Notes: a model not told the origin generated them from the letters alone. Counted from the stretch's first letter, positions 1-14,678 are shown. The stretch is DNA of 64,000 bases from Balanoglossus misakiensis (GCA_040954595.2 CM082583.2:11632636-11696635), one strand, 5' to 3'. Numbers and translations: made by a program.

Positions 1-480
1 AAGTCAATCTGCGGTGTGCGGGATTAACCGCAAGTACTTCTAGTGATAATTGGAAGACGCTTATTCTTTGATCATCATCATCATCATCATGGATGCATTC
101 TTGGCTACAAGTCACTAACCATAGACCCTGTTAGTATCTAGGGTATATGCTTGTGTGATTGTTCATTTTAATAGTATTAATTAATGATTTCGCCCAGTAT
201 TATCGCCGTGCCGTCGTCGTGTCGACATCCGTATTCAAGCCGCCGATAAGATTGCCAAGAAAACCTTTCATCGGAGACCGCTCTGTCAGTTCCCACCGGA
301 AGCCGACTGTGCGTGTTGACTTATCAACTGACCAATTTCCCAGAATCCGAGCTCCATGAAGTCGTACGCATTGTTTACCACTTCCCGTGAATACTTAGTA
401 GGCTGTGCACACAGTAGACAATGCGCAAGAAGCCCTGCAATACAGACTTGACGTCTTTTGGTATCATCTAACAAACATCA

Positions 481-774
481 TGACGTCATAAGATTGTAGT
501 TCCAAAAAGTTTACTTAACCGTATTACTTTTCGCTCAATAATAAATTAATACGCTGCGCTCATTGCATGAATTTGATCTTTCTACATAGTTTTATTACCA
601 CAGATACTTTATTGTTCCTTAAAAAGCAAGTAAGATTAACTGTAAACATTTAAGAGCTTGTTCTTTTGTTGACTAATACTGTTTTGCGTATAATTCAATC
701 AAAGTAGTGCGCGTAAGTATAATGGTACAACTGCGAAAACAACAGTGATTAGGCTGAGCCCAAACACTATAAAA
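481..774 (+). promoter_or_regulatory. Putative A2M promoter: CRE palindrome TGACGTCA (481-488) and TATA-like CTATAAAA (~767-774)
   Basis: Motifs seen upstream of ATG 870; a second TGACGTCA lies at 1071 in intron 1. Function is inferred only. Confidence 0.35.
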
Positions 775-869
775 GCGTCGTCTGCAACTTTTGTGAATTA
801 GTTCGGTACAACTACTGCAGTGGGCAGCGCTGATAAAACTTTATTCTCGCAGCTAAAGGTCTTTGCAAC

Positions 870-3800
870 ATGCATCCCGTTGCAGGGTTCATCCTCACAT
901 TGCTTCTGGCCATGAAGGTCATGGCTGATAGGTAAGCGAGAATCGATATTTTTCATTTTTTGCATGGAACTTTGGTAGTCAGTTCTGTTTTTGAAAAATA
1001 TGCAAATATGTTTGGGCATATGAATAAATGAAATAAGCAAATTGTGCATCCAATGTTACGCTATAGAAATTGACGTCAAAACCAGTTCCCTTTTAAATTA
1101 AATCAAGCCATGATATATGCCAGCCAGCATGTTGTTACTTATTTATCCAGGTGTAATCAGTGTTCAAGCAGTAAACGTGGCTAATCGTGATGATCGTTGA
1201 CCCCTGCTGAGTGCTGTTTGTATTTCTGACTATTTTGGAGCCAAGGGTGCACATCAAATAATATTATTGATAGCTAGTTCTACCTAACATGATGCATTTT
1301 TAAACAAAGATTGATTACACTTTGAGTGTGCAAGTTTGTGTGTATGTGAAATAACAAAAATTTAAAATATAAAATTATTACATTTTTATAAAATACAGCA
1401 AAATGTGATAATGTATGCATGTGTCAACATTTGAACTAAATGTCAACGAACTAGTACAGTGTTTGTTGATTGAGTCCCAGCTAGTCCATTTTTTACACTG
1501 AGCTGAGTTCAATGATTGTTCTCTCATACTCAATACTCTTTAAAATTAAAATACATGTATATAAACGTTTTACAGTAATTATCTTATCTATTTTCAGTGG
1601 TTACATCATCACTGCTCCAAAAGCCATGGTGGCTGGAAGTGTAGAGAAAGTGTGCGTGACTCTAATAGGAGTGGAAGAGGATGTTCTCATTACTCTCACC
1701 TTGTCCAGAGATGGGGATGAAGCAGAACCCATTGTCAGCAAGGAATATACTGTTAATTATCTTGATACCTGCTTGAGTTTAGAGGTTCGTATTGTGATAG
1801 TCTACACTCCTAAATTCTATAGTACATAACTACAGGACTAACAACTATATGAATACATGTACTCAATTAAAAGAATCTAAAATAGCTGAAGTAGTGTTAT
1901 AAGTGAGCGAATTTCCCAGGCCTTTCTATACTGGAGGATTATTATCACTAATATCAGATATTAATGAATTATGGGCTTTTTTTGTCCACCAGATTCCAGA
2001 TGGTTTGGATGTCACTGAGGCAAAGCTGAGTGTCAGTGGTCTTGGTTTGGCCCCGAGGAGCAAGTTCCGTTTTACTGATGAGAAGGGGGTTTATTTACAA
2101 TCAAGAAAGCCAGAGACTTTCATCCAGACAGATAAACCAATTTACAAACCAGGACAAACAGGTACAGTAGGGTTGACTGCAATCTGTACTTTTATTCCAC
2201 TTTTGCCCTACAGGATGTTGACACTAATATACTAGGAAAATTGAGACAATGATTTATGAGTGTCAGGATGAACCATGTACACAGTGAACTGGAATTGGCT
2301 TCAGTTGCAGTGTCTTAAATCTCGGGAATAATTCACACAAATTTGATATCTTTCAACAGGATAGTATCAAAACTGAAAACTTTGTAGTAACAGATGTTAA
2401 AATCATTTGGCCTGTATCACATCATACGATGTGTTTGATGTGCAATGCATCACATGTTTTTGAAACACACCCTCTATACAAAAAACATATGTCTTTGCTC
2501 TTGTTTGTGTATCATGACTCTTCTGTACTCTGGTAATAAAATATGATAGATTGGTCATTACAGTTGAGAGAGTAAATAATACGGTGTATTTTGCTGGTGG
2601 TGTCAGGTCTGCTTGATGACAGCAAACAAGGGAGCTGTCAACAACTCCAGAAAAGTGTGTGGGTGGGTGTTTGAAAGTTGACAGGCCTCTGAACTCAGAT
2701 TACCTTGCAAACATTCACTTGAGAAGCAAACATGCTGCCTTTGATCTGTGTGTTATGGCATGGTTATGGTGCATGTTTACTGGCACTTTGCATGATGACT
2801 GCAGAAAGCTCGTCAAAAGTGTACTTTCTTCCTATAACCACTGCCATGATGTGTGACAGAACACTAGCTTATATAGGGACACCTCCACATGCAATTGTCT
2901 TAACGTGTGCTTATTTATTGCAAATGGCATTTACATGAAGTTTGGTTCTGATTCCATTCCTTTCAGTGCGGTTCAGAATTTTAACCATCAAGGGAACAGA
3001 ATTCAAGCCTTATCCCGCCATGGTAAGATCCATTATTATCCAGTATTTTGCATACACGGCTATACCATACAGTGGCATACACATGGCCGACTTGCACCAA
3101 ATATCTCTTCCCTGGAGATCGTTGGCCCAGAAACGAAATACCAGATGTCCACTTTATAACTGCAGAGATCCAGTAATGATGACACATGATTTGATTCTGT
3201 TTACCAATACAGTTTTCTTTGGTATGGATTGAAAATCCATCTGGTGTGAGACTGATGCAGTGGTATAATGTTACTTCCCAAGATGGCCTCGTTGAACTTG
3301 AACTTCCTTTGTCTGAGGAACCTGTCCTTGGAACTTGGAAGATCATAACTCAAACAGAGGACTTTGGTACTGAACAGACGTTTGATGTTGATGAATATGG
3401 TAAGAATGTTGAGTCATTACTAGTGCTGCTTTTGTACATAAGTATTTCTAGTTGTTTCTCACTAAATTCTTACATTTTTGTTGATTTGTCAACTTATTTA
3501 CTGATTCTGTCATGTTTTCATTTACATTTTTTTCTTGCAGTTCTTCCAAAATTTGAAGTCATAATCAACCCCCCACCATTCATTATTGTCAATGACAAGA
3601 CCATCGAAGTAGAGGTCTGTGGCAGGTATGTATACAAGAATGTCACTCTCAATATCACCATGGCACTGGTGTTGGACATTAAATAACGAGACCTACTAGT
3701 ATTTGTTTACTTAATATCATGTTCTTCACTGTCTATATAGGTACACTTATGGCCAACCAGTTAGAGGCGAAGTTCAAGCAACTATTTGCATAGAGGGATA

Positions 3801-6800
3801 TTCCTACTACTATGACAGAACGAGACCGTGTGTTGAGAAATATTTGCAGGTAATTATAAATATAGTTAATGTATCTCCTGGTGTGAATAACACTAACAAG
3901 CAAAACTGTAATTTAATTACTGAGAAACGTATCAAATCATGCATCAAGCTGTCTAGTTCTTCATAGCCATAATGCACACTGACACTACGTTTTCTGTCAT
4001 GTTCAATTGTAGGATACTGGTCCTGATGGATGTGCACAGTTTGTTGTGAACGCCACAGAGCTTGAACTGATGTCTTCTGATTACTCCATATGGTCCTCGA
4101 AACTAAAAGTAGATGCACAGCTTACAGAAGCGAATACCGGAGTGACCTTGTCAGGTGTTCATGAAGCTGCAAGGATCTACACAGCACCATTTCAGCTGGA
4201 AATCCAAGCCCCGGATTACTTCAAGCCAGGCGTACCTTTCTATGGAAAAGTTAAAGTGACCAATCCAGATGGCTCTCCAGCTTCAGGAAAACTCGTCAAT
4301 CTGGTTGTGAACACGAATGATGGAGATATACTGAACAAAAATTTTACTTCTGTCAACGGCGAATTTGACTTCGAATTGACAAACGTTGCAATCACAACAG
4401 GTAGCATGTACATCAGGGTGAGTATTCGCGGTTTATGTTGACACATATGAGCAAATATGTCTAAGGAAGCCACATGTTTACATACATACTGGTACATCAT
4501 ACATACCGGTAACACATGCACTGTACCTGTTACATACGGTACATACACTTGTAAGCAATTTACTGGTTTGCAGTAACAACATGCCATTAGAATATTGGAA
4601 CAGCAACATCTGTGTTCAGAGAATAAGACTATGGTTTGTCTCTTCTACAGGCGGTTGGACCAGGGTTTACTGAGCCTTATAACTATGAAATACACCAACA
4701 TGTGTACAGAGTATTTGATCCATACACGAGCAAGTCACTTAAGCCATGGTACTCCCCAAGTGGCAGCTTCTTACAAATTGAACCTGTTAAACAAACACTG
4801 CAGGTAGATTCAGAGCATGCCTTCACTTTTTACTACACCACGGATGAGGAGCGGCTTGTAGATCTCTATGTCAAGGTAAGAAGAAAGTGCACATTGTCCC
4901 ACGCAAGTAATACTGACAAATCTAGGCTTTGGTCACATGGTTACTTTTAAGACAATACAACATGAATCAAATTGCTAGGTGACAGTCAGTGGAAATGCAG
5001 AAGTTTGGTGATTTTCTTTGAATGGTTCAATGAAACAGATGCTTTATTTTAATTAAAGAATGTTGTTGATCTAGTCCTTCAGCAATTCGATTAACCGTAT
5101 GTTTTTTTTATCTGCAGATGGTGGCCAACGGAGACATAGTGCACTCTGATCACCAACTTCTTGAATTGATACCCGAGTTTGAGAGAAGGCAGCCGACTAC
5201 TCCGAAGAAGCCCCCAACTGCGGCCCCAACTGAAGCGCCAGAAAGACCAGTAACAACTGAAGAAACTCAAACAGGTGATGAATCAGATGAGTCTGATGAA
5301 GAAGTTGATGGCCTTGGAGAAATTCGCATTCCCGAATACGGTTAGCATCTAATTTTCATGACATTTGTATTACTGATTTTCATTGCCATTTATTGCTGTT
5401 CTCTAGATATAATATCAACATCAATTCATTTTAAATCTGAGCTATAAATATTGCATTTTCCATTGAATTAAATTAAATTGTCTAGCCTTTCTGTATCTGT
5501 GCATTTCTGAACTAACCTGTTGCAGCCATATTGCCTTAATCTATAATGTAATGTAATGTTATTTAATATACACTGTAAAATAAGTTTCATTGATGATTTT
5601 TCCCCATTGCTGTGAACAGACTGGTGGCCTTGGCAACCAGAAATAATTGAGCCAACTGTTGAAATCGAAGATCCTGGTGCCTATGGTGTTGTGACAGTTT
5701 CCCTGCCGATAGCTCGTGAGATGGGGCCAAACTGTAAACTGCTCATCTACTACATCCGTGCTGATGGCGAAGTGGTCGCTGATAGTATCAAGATCAAAGT
5801 TCAGAAGAAGTTCAAAAATGAGGTGAGTTGTGAAACATAAGTGAAAGGGTTTATTACAGTGTTTACTGCATCGAGTGGTGGATTTTTGAATTTATTGGAG
5901 TGTGACTGATAATTGCCGTTTATCTTGACTGCTGCAGGTTAATCTGAGATTTGCTGTGGATGAAACACTGCCTGGTGTGGAAACACAACTGGAGTTGACT
6001 GCTGCTCCAGGGTCACTGTGTGCCATTGGTGTTGTTGACAAGAGTGTGCACCTCATGAAATCCAGCAATCAGCTGACCCCGGGACAGGTGAGTTTAATGC
6101 ATTTAATTACACAAAATACATGATAAAATTTAGCTTCTGCGTCTCACTGACACTGATGTTTACAACAAGTGTCTCTCATTGTTTACAACTTTTCTAATAC
6201 ATGTATCTAGTTTGATTTTGAATGAAAGTTGAGGCTTGTTGTTCTGTTGCAGGTGTTCAACACATTGAATATGTATGATTTGTCAAATGTCTATGGAACA
6301 GTTGATCGAAGTACTCACTGTGACCGCAAAGATGAAGATTTTGATGATGACGATTCCGGCCCTTTTCCACGAGGCGAATTTCGAAAGAAGCGAAGTATCG
6401 CTCCGTATTGGTACGGGGGATATTCCAAGTATGCAGATGCTCTTACTGCTTTCCAGGTAAGGTTTATTCAAAGCTGTTGCTACTCTATTGACAACTACAA
6501 TAAACCGAGCTGTGTGTGATGATGAAATAGCGATGAGAAAAGCAGTTGCACACCGACTACTACGGTGACGTGGTATGAATATCAGATCCTGCAGAAATCA
6601 CACGGACAATGCATGCACAGGAATGTGAGCATTTCTATTTTTGTTTTATGTTAATAAAAAAGGGTAATGTAAAAAACTGAAAGAAGGATAATTAATAACT
6701 TTGTTTCTCTCTCTATCTCGCTCTCTCTCTCTCTGCTATTCAAACATTGACTGCTGCATTACGGTGATCATTGGATTACATCAGGACTCTGGCGTCATAG

Positions 6801-9800
6801 TCTTAACTGATCAGCTTCTTGAAACAAGGCCCTGTCAACGCAGACACCCATGGCGATACCGCATAGCAAGTATGGCGAGAGGAGGTTAATAACGCTTTAG
6901 AGTCTTTTAAAAGGACACCAGCTTTAGCTTTTGAATATTTTTCCCAAAGTATTTTTGGCGGTTTCCAGTTCTTGCACGAGCATGCTGAAAAACCCAGTAC
7001 ACACTTCGGTTTGTCAACACAACCTGTCTTAGGGTAGCCAGGTGAAAAAAAAAAGAATGTACACCACTGCATGGTTGTTTGAGGACTACTTCTAACCATA
7101 TATGGGCATATGTAAATGAAAAGGTGAGTTTGATGGAACTGTGGTAATAATTGGCTTTTGTCACATTTGTATTAATTTATCAACAGAAGCAGGACTACCA
7201 GGAGCTCCGGGACCCGAACAAGAAATGGTTGATATGGATGTGGCAGAGCCTGAATTCTTTGCTCCTGATGAACCACAAGTAGAAGATGGTGCAGCAGAGG
7301 ACTTTTCACCTTTGGTGGAAATTCGGACGTACTTTCCTGAGACATGGCTCTGGAAGTTGGAAAGGATCAGGTAAGGTTTGCTTGCATTCTTTTTGGGGGT
7401 TCACAGTTGGATAAGATTTGTCCCTCAGTGAATTTTAGGCCCATTATTAATCATTGTACTCTTTTGAATCCTGTAGTGATGATGGATCTTTATCCATGGG
7501 CGTGGAAGTTCCTCACACTATCACCGAGTGGATTGGTAGCGGCTTCTGTACATCGGCTGAGCAAGGTGTTGGCGTGTCTGAAACAACTACGCTGACAGCT
7601 TTCCAACCCTTCTTCTTATCGTACACTCTGCCATACTCTGTTATCAGGGGAGAAAATGTCCCAGTCTTAGTCACTGTCTTCAACTATCTATCACAGTGCC
7701 TCACGGTAAGTGCTACAAAGTCTGCTCCCTCAGATGACCAAAGGCAAAGGATGACTGCTGTCTGGAGTGAGCTAGAGACTACAGGCTTTGGTCTACTGTA
7801 ATGACTGGCCTATACTCAAGTTGCGCATACTATTATCCATCTGTGTAAGATCTCCTTGAGCAACTGTCTCTTTGAATGCTGTTCATAAACCTGAGTGCTT
7901 TGAAAGATTTCATCTACTGGTCATTGTCACATAAAAATATAGTCAGGAGTAGTCAAGTTTTATTGACTTCCTAACACCTTTGTGCTTCTTGCCACAGATT
8001 GACTTAACCATGGAACTGTCAAATGACTTTGACTACCTGGAAGATTCCCCTGTCAAGACAGTTTGTGTGTGCGGTGGTGAATCCACAACCATCAGCTTCC
8101 GCATCGTGCCTGTGGTGCTTGGCGAGATTCCAATAACTGTGCAGGCCGAGTCTGTCGCGGCCAATGATGTCACTGAAATATGCGGCAATGATGCTGTGAT
8201 GAGTGACAAGATTGGTGCCAGGGATGGTCTCTCACAACCACTTCTGGTTGAGGTAGGGAATCGTATGATCGCTTGAAGAGTATCCTCAAAGTTCAGCTTT
8301 TATTTGTTAGTACAGTAACTGTTAAGTGTTTTATCAACCCACCCATTCTTTCATCAGCAAAGTGATATGTTACTTGTATACCAGCATGTAGTTATATAAA
8401 TTGGTGTAAAAATATATTTTTTATATTCATTACAGCCAGAGGGAATTGAAGAGGAACACACATTTAGTTCATTTTTCTGTCCACAAGGTAAAGACATGCA
8501 AACTATAAAACAAGTTTCAAATTTATTTTTAGAGAGATGGTATATGCAACTGTCAGATTTCACAATAAGTTTACAGTCAAATACATGGTCTGGCACATTA
8601 TTAACTAGGTGAATGTCTATTTTCTGCCACAGACGAGCAAGACTATACCTATACTGAAGAAGTTGAACTAAACTTGCCAAGTAACGTGGTTGAAGGCTCA
8701 GCTAGAGCAACGCTGTCTGTTATTGGTAAGTCATGTGATCATATAAACTGTGACAGTGCATGCTACTGGTTTTGTGGCTGTCAGTGATAGGTGCTTGTAC
8801 ATTCATTATTGGTATTTATATTGTGACTGGTCTGACAGAATCTCTGTGCTGTCAAAGCTGAGTTATAGTAAATGCATAGTCATTTTGTCTTCTAAGTTCT
8901 AAACCCTACTGGGTCTGCATCTGGCAATCACTCAAAATATGACGTACATTTTTTTCTTCTTTCAGGTGATGTAATGGGTCCCACATTAGCAGGATTGGAT
9001 AAACTATTAACTGTGCCCTATGGATGCGGTGAACAGAACATGGTTTCTTTCACTCCAAATATCTTTGTTCTGCAATATTTGACTCAAACCTACCAGGCCA
9101 CTGAGGATATCAAGGAAAGGGCCTTAGCAAACATGAGAAGGGGTATGTTTGACATATTAATGAGCATGCATGGCTATGAATGAGTTTCCAGTACTCAAGT
9201 CAACCTTAATTGGCAGAACCATTTATGTATAAGATGTTCACCTCAGATTTTGTCATGACCAAATTGAATCGCACATCTGATTGACTGGTTCAGGAATGAG
9301 AGAAAGAAGTCTGGGTGTGTAGTCAGTTGTAAAGTTATCGATGTTACATTTAACATGTCATATTTTGGCAGGTTACCAACGAGAATTGACATACAGGCAT
9401 TCTGATGGTTCCTATAGTGCATTTGGTGAACGCGATCCAGAAGGCAGTACATGGTAAGTAATGACCATTGGTGTTCCCTCGAAGTCTTTGGGACTTTGTA
9501 CAAGGTATATTCCCTGCCTCAGTATGCAATGTGATTGTCTGTGAATCTGTATATTGTTCATTTTAGTCAGCTTTTCTATCACATTGCTTACCGTAAGGGT
9601 TCTGGATATTTGCATCATGACTTTGGACATGCTAATTTCAAATTCTCAGACTTTTGTGGGTCTGCAGATCTAACCTGTGGGTGATATATTCTGACAGGTT
9701 AACAGCATTTGTTGTGAAGTCCTTTGCCCAGTCTGAAGAGTTCATCTCTATTGATGAGAAAGATCTCGCCATCAGCATTGAATGGTTTAGAAAGCAGCAA

Positions 9801-12800
9801 AATGAAGAGACCGGTTGTTTCATCAAACGTGGAAGTGTTCACAACAAACGATTGAAGGTAAAGACAATTTTTTAATAAGGGTTCGGACTAAACCATAGTG
9901 GTGGGTTGATCATGCAAACCTACCACTCTGCAGTTTTGTTTGCCGAAAACTACCTTTATACTACACGTGGGGGACTGAGCAGAGCTAACATATGTACATT
10001 ATTTTTACTACTCTTTCACCTAGGGTGGTGTATCTGATGAGACGTCTCTGACAGCTTTTGTGCTCATTGCCATGTTGGAAGCTGGCATTCCAAAAGAAGT
10101 GAGTATTTTTAGGATATATATCATTGGCCTTGCTTGGTTTGTATATACAATTATGGACCCTGAACTTGTATCATTTCATATTGTTTAATGGACATGTTTA
10201 TTTTTCATTGCTTATTTTCTCACAGGACTTCAGTGTACAGAGTGCTTTGCAGTGTCTGGAAAGAAGATTGGATAATGTCACTGCGCCGTACACAACAGCC
10301 ATTGTCTCCTATGCATTTGCTCTGGCAAATAGCCCATTGAAAGATTATATGCTGGAGAAACTCGACAATGTTGCAATCAGATCAGGTAGGCTGGAAGTTA
10401 TCACTGGAAATGTTATTCTCGAATGTGTGAGGTTTAAGGGAGAAGGTTTGGCTAAACTAATATTATTTCATCGTCAGTGCAAGAAGCCACAGCGTTTATA
10501 TAATTCTATCTCTATTTTTTGAAGCCGATGGATTGGTATATTGGGCTGCCTCTGAAGAGGAGGAGGAAGAGGAGCCTCCATACTGGAGATGGTATTACCA
10601 GGCGCCATCGGCCAATGTTGAGATGACATCATATGCCATGTTAGCACAGCTTGTCGACTCAGAATTGAGGGCTGATGTGATCACCGACCTCTTGCCAACA
10701 ATACGCTGGCTTACACAACAGAGAAATGCATATGGGGGATTTGCTTCTACTCAGGTCAGTAACAATTTGCATATGTCATTAATTCATTAACCCTGTCACC
10801 CCTAGTTCCCTCTATAGAGGTCAATACTATCATAGAAAACAATGTACCCGGTAACTGATTTGGTTTCGGTAAAATGTATCAGTGCGTCTAATAGCAGACC
10901 CAGCAAGAAACAACATCAACAATAAACAAGCTATGTATGTTTAACGTTTGCAGGACACAGTTCTAGCTCTCCAGGCTCTGGCCATCTATGCAGGTCGGAT
11001 GTACCAAAGTGGAATCGACTTGTACACTGACTTCCAATCGACTAGCTTGGTGCAGCGGTTCGAAGTTAATCGACTGAATAAACTTGTTCTTCAAAGGGTT
11101 GATGTGCCAGTTCTTCCAACTACAGTCTATATCAGGGCTGGTGGCATTGGCTGTGCTCTCATGCAGGTTAGATATCTCTGCTATATATAAAGAATGCTTG
11201 TGTGTATATTTACATTGGTATATTCGCAGTTAGCCAACATAGAGTGAGCAATACAAAGTCAGCATTCGCTGTCCAAGGCAGTACGCCAATAGGATAGTAT
11301 TCATACATAAACTAATGAAACTTTTTTTATTCTCTACCAACAGGCCAATCTCAAATACAACATGCCGGAATCTCCTGCCCCGCCCAGTTTTGATCTGGAT
11401 ATCAACATTCTGCCTGCTTTCTTGGCAGATGATGCTGGAGAAAACACTGGATGTTCTGGTGACAGAGTTGTTAATATCTGTACGAGGTAAATTACAATTT
11501 GCATTTGCTATTATTTATGCTACACACGGCTTTAAATAGAGTTGGAATTTTAAGGTGACGTTGCATTAAGATCTGGAGCCACTTCAAGTTCATTCCAACC
11601 AGAAGAAGTTGATGTACACCACAAAATTAATTGCCCACAAATGTTGCAGCAGTCAAATATTCATTCAGGATGGGCTTTCTTGACTTGCAGATACACGGGT
11701 GAGGATGAATCCTCCAACATGGCTGTCGTCGAGGTCAAAATGGTGTCAGGCTACTATCCAGATAAGTCTTCATTGAAAGATGCCCTCAAAGCCACTGACA
11801 TAATGGCAAGATTTGACGTCGACGGAAACAAAGTCATATTCTACTTTGATGAGGTAAGTTAGTCTGCAGTTTTGCAAGTCTATTAACATTCACCATATGG
11901 GCACATTGTAATGATCATCAGATGCCTGTTTCGTGTAGTTTTCTCATTTGAAATATATATGCATCAGCAACCACATTTTACTAACAAAGGTATCTTTGTT
12001 TCTGCAGATTGGTCATGAAAATCTTTGCTTTACGTTTTATTTGGAACATCTTATCGAGGTTGAGGATGTCAAGCCAGGCTGGGTCTCTGTATATGACTAC
12101 TATGACAAAGGTATGCGAAAACAAAACTACCGTACGCAGCATATCACGTTAATCAAAGATTGTATCAATTTCTTTCTTTTTTTGACATGGTATACCATGT
12201 CCAAACACCCTGCCATAACATGTCTAGGCATAATCAAACCAACATGTCCAAATCAGGATAAATGAACTCAGTCACTTCTCATTTGTTATATTATTTTCTT
12301 GTTGACAGACACGTCTACAATCAAAACTTATGATGTGTGCGCACAGCAGTCCACAGGAAAGAACCCAGACAATTCTGATGGTAAATAGAACTGTTTTGGA
12401 TATGTTCAACTTCTGAACTCCTATGTTTCTTTCCTTTCTTTCTTATCCTTCAACCTTGGCACTCTGAGTGCATTTTGTTGACACTGTAAGTGTATTTTAA
12501 TCATGACATACGAGTCATTAAAACATTGAATGAATCATCTTTTTATATTCTCATAAGTAAAATGGTATATTAAGAAAAATCAATGTTGTTATCACAAAAT
12601 TTGATCATTTTAGTATAGACATCCATCATGTCATATAAAATTACTGTAAAAAGCATTCTTGTTTTCTTAAAGAAAGTTGCATCCTGTCCTTAAGACAGGC
12701 AATTAGGTGAGAGAACCCAGGACACTGACTGCATGGCCTTAAATTATGTACAATGGAAGGTTTTGTGTTTGCTGACATGTAATATTGTTCTCCACTTGTT

Positions 12801-14678
12801 AGTATTGTTAAGTGCACTGTTTATTTTATAATACAAGGAGAAAAAAATAGTTGGTTAATAAACACAATGGATGGCATTGGAAATGGTTCTTAGTTTTCTG
12901 TCTCGGAAGTAATTGGTTGCACGATCAATCAAAGCTGAGTAAGCTTGTCAGCATCAAAGCCCAGGAGACCCAGAAGACTACATGACTGCAGTGGAGGACT
13001 TTGCGACAGTGGTCACCCCACGCAGATCATGGAATGTAGAGGATGAGGGCGTCATCTTTGAGATGTCAGGAATATTTCTGGTGAAGAGCACTCATGGATT
13101 TGGAAAGTATGGAAACCTGTTGCTTTGAGACTTGGGATGAGTCGCAGTGCAATCCTGGTGTTTAAAGGACAAAATAATCTTGAAACGGAAGACCCGTGAT
13201 GAACAGTTTGTGCGTGACAACAGATGTGCCACTTACACCAGTACAGAGACTAAACATCACAGAAGACTGGTAAAAGATTCGATTTAATACAAGTCGTCCG
13301 ACTTGCATGCATGGCTCACTTGTGCTTATTCAGTTTCAAATGTGACTGTACTTTAAATGCTATTGGCTGGTCATTCTGTTAACTTCAAAAATGCATTTAA
13401 CATTTATACACAAAGTGAGATTTTTTCAATTATAGTCCACTTTCAGCAACATGGCACTGAAAATGTTATTTTTCTAGACGCGTTTGAAAATGCATGGTAG
13501 AATTTTTTGGGCATTGTATCATTATACTAACTGACTACATTTCAAGAGATGCTGTGAGTTTGGTACACACTTGATCCATTGAGAAATTGACTGGTGTTGT
13601 GGCTTGTTCAAGAGAGTTGCATAGCTGATGTTCCACTTTGACAAACAAATTACCAGTTTTGCTGGTCAAAGTGAGTATTCACAAAGCAGAAAAATGGTGT
13701 TGAAACAATCAAAACACCAAGGTTTGAAATTCATGTGTAAACTTCAGCCACAATATCAGTCAATTTGTTGTTGTTTGTCATTAGCATGTATTACCCTATT
13801 AATTAATGAAGTTAAAGCATGACTTGTAATAACTGATCTGCTTTTTGACCAAAATGTGTGTTGAGACGTGGTAAATGTACGTTTTATAGAGCTGTTTACC
13901 CAACATATATGTCAATATACTTGCCAAGCAGCTCAGCATGAATATCTAATTCTTGATTTCCATACCTCTCATTTACACACCATTATGAAATATCAAATAT
14001 TATATACGTTGGGTTGTTAAGTCAACTTGCTTTTATTTCATAAGCTCAGCATTTCAAGCACTCAACCTGACTGAGCATTCTGAATGTGTGATTTCTTTGT
14101 AGCATGCCCCAAGTGTCTGAGCACCATCCCTGACAACTTTGGTGAACGTCTGTGTGACAAAGAAGTGTTCAAAGCCAAGAATCACGGAAGCAAGGGCTTC
14201 ATCAAGATGATGGAAAACTTCAGTTTCAATCTTGATCAAGACCAGTGGGGAGAAGGCCTGGATAGGATTTTGAAGCCTGTTGTTCCAGATGGTTGTTCCT
14301 GCAAGCTGCTGGATGCAGAGTCAGGTTGGTAGACTAGACAGCCAGACATTGGTTGACAATCTCACAGCATTGTCAAAAGGGCAGTGGAATGGGAATCATA
14401 CAAAAAAATAGTTGATCTGAAGAAAAAAAATTGGGGCAAAATGATATTGCCTATCACTCTCTCTCTCTTAATGGCCAATGATGTTTAACATGTGGACAAT
14501 CTTTTCTTTTTTCATAGCTGAGAAATTCCTGGTGGTGAGTGACCCAGCTCAGATCATGCTACCCCCGATAACACCCGAGGAACAGATCGCAACAAATGGG
14601 GGTACCTACTTCATCACGTGGGACAGATCTTTCAGGAAGGATATTGAAAAGGCGTATGACAGCTGTAAAAGGGAATAG
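870..14678 (+). CDS. A2M: Alpha-2-macroglobulin family thioester protein (multi-exon), with a probable C-terminal NTR/C345C extension. An alternative short end lies at TAG 12386-12388.
   Basis: Signal-peptide exon [20 protein letters not shown] (870-931) splices in phase to GYIITAPK (1598). Motifs: [40 protein letters not shown], thioester PYGCGEQNM (~9016-9042), [30 protein letters not shown] and VSVYDYY. A phase-1 donor after 12380 matches exons 14103-14324 and 14518-14678. Confidence 0.92.
12950..13210 (+). pseudogene. Degenerate death-domain-like coding remnant in the A2M intron
   Basis: Frameshifted, stop-containing translation includes [11 protein letters not shown]...(G)[24 protein letters not shown], resembling the death-domain WxxLAxxLG.S...I motif. 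Confidence 0.3.

Noticed and set aside
1-480. Short ORFs at the window start
   Set aside because: No recognisable product; possibly the 5' UTR of a minus-strand gene outside the window.
870-14678. Calling the TEP complement C3, or CD109
   Set aside because: No anaphylatoxin domain, Asn at the catalytic position, and no hydrophobic GPI tail.
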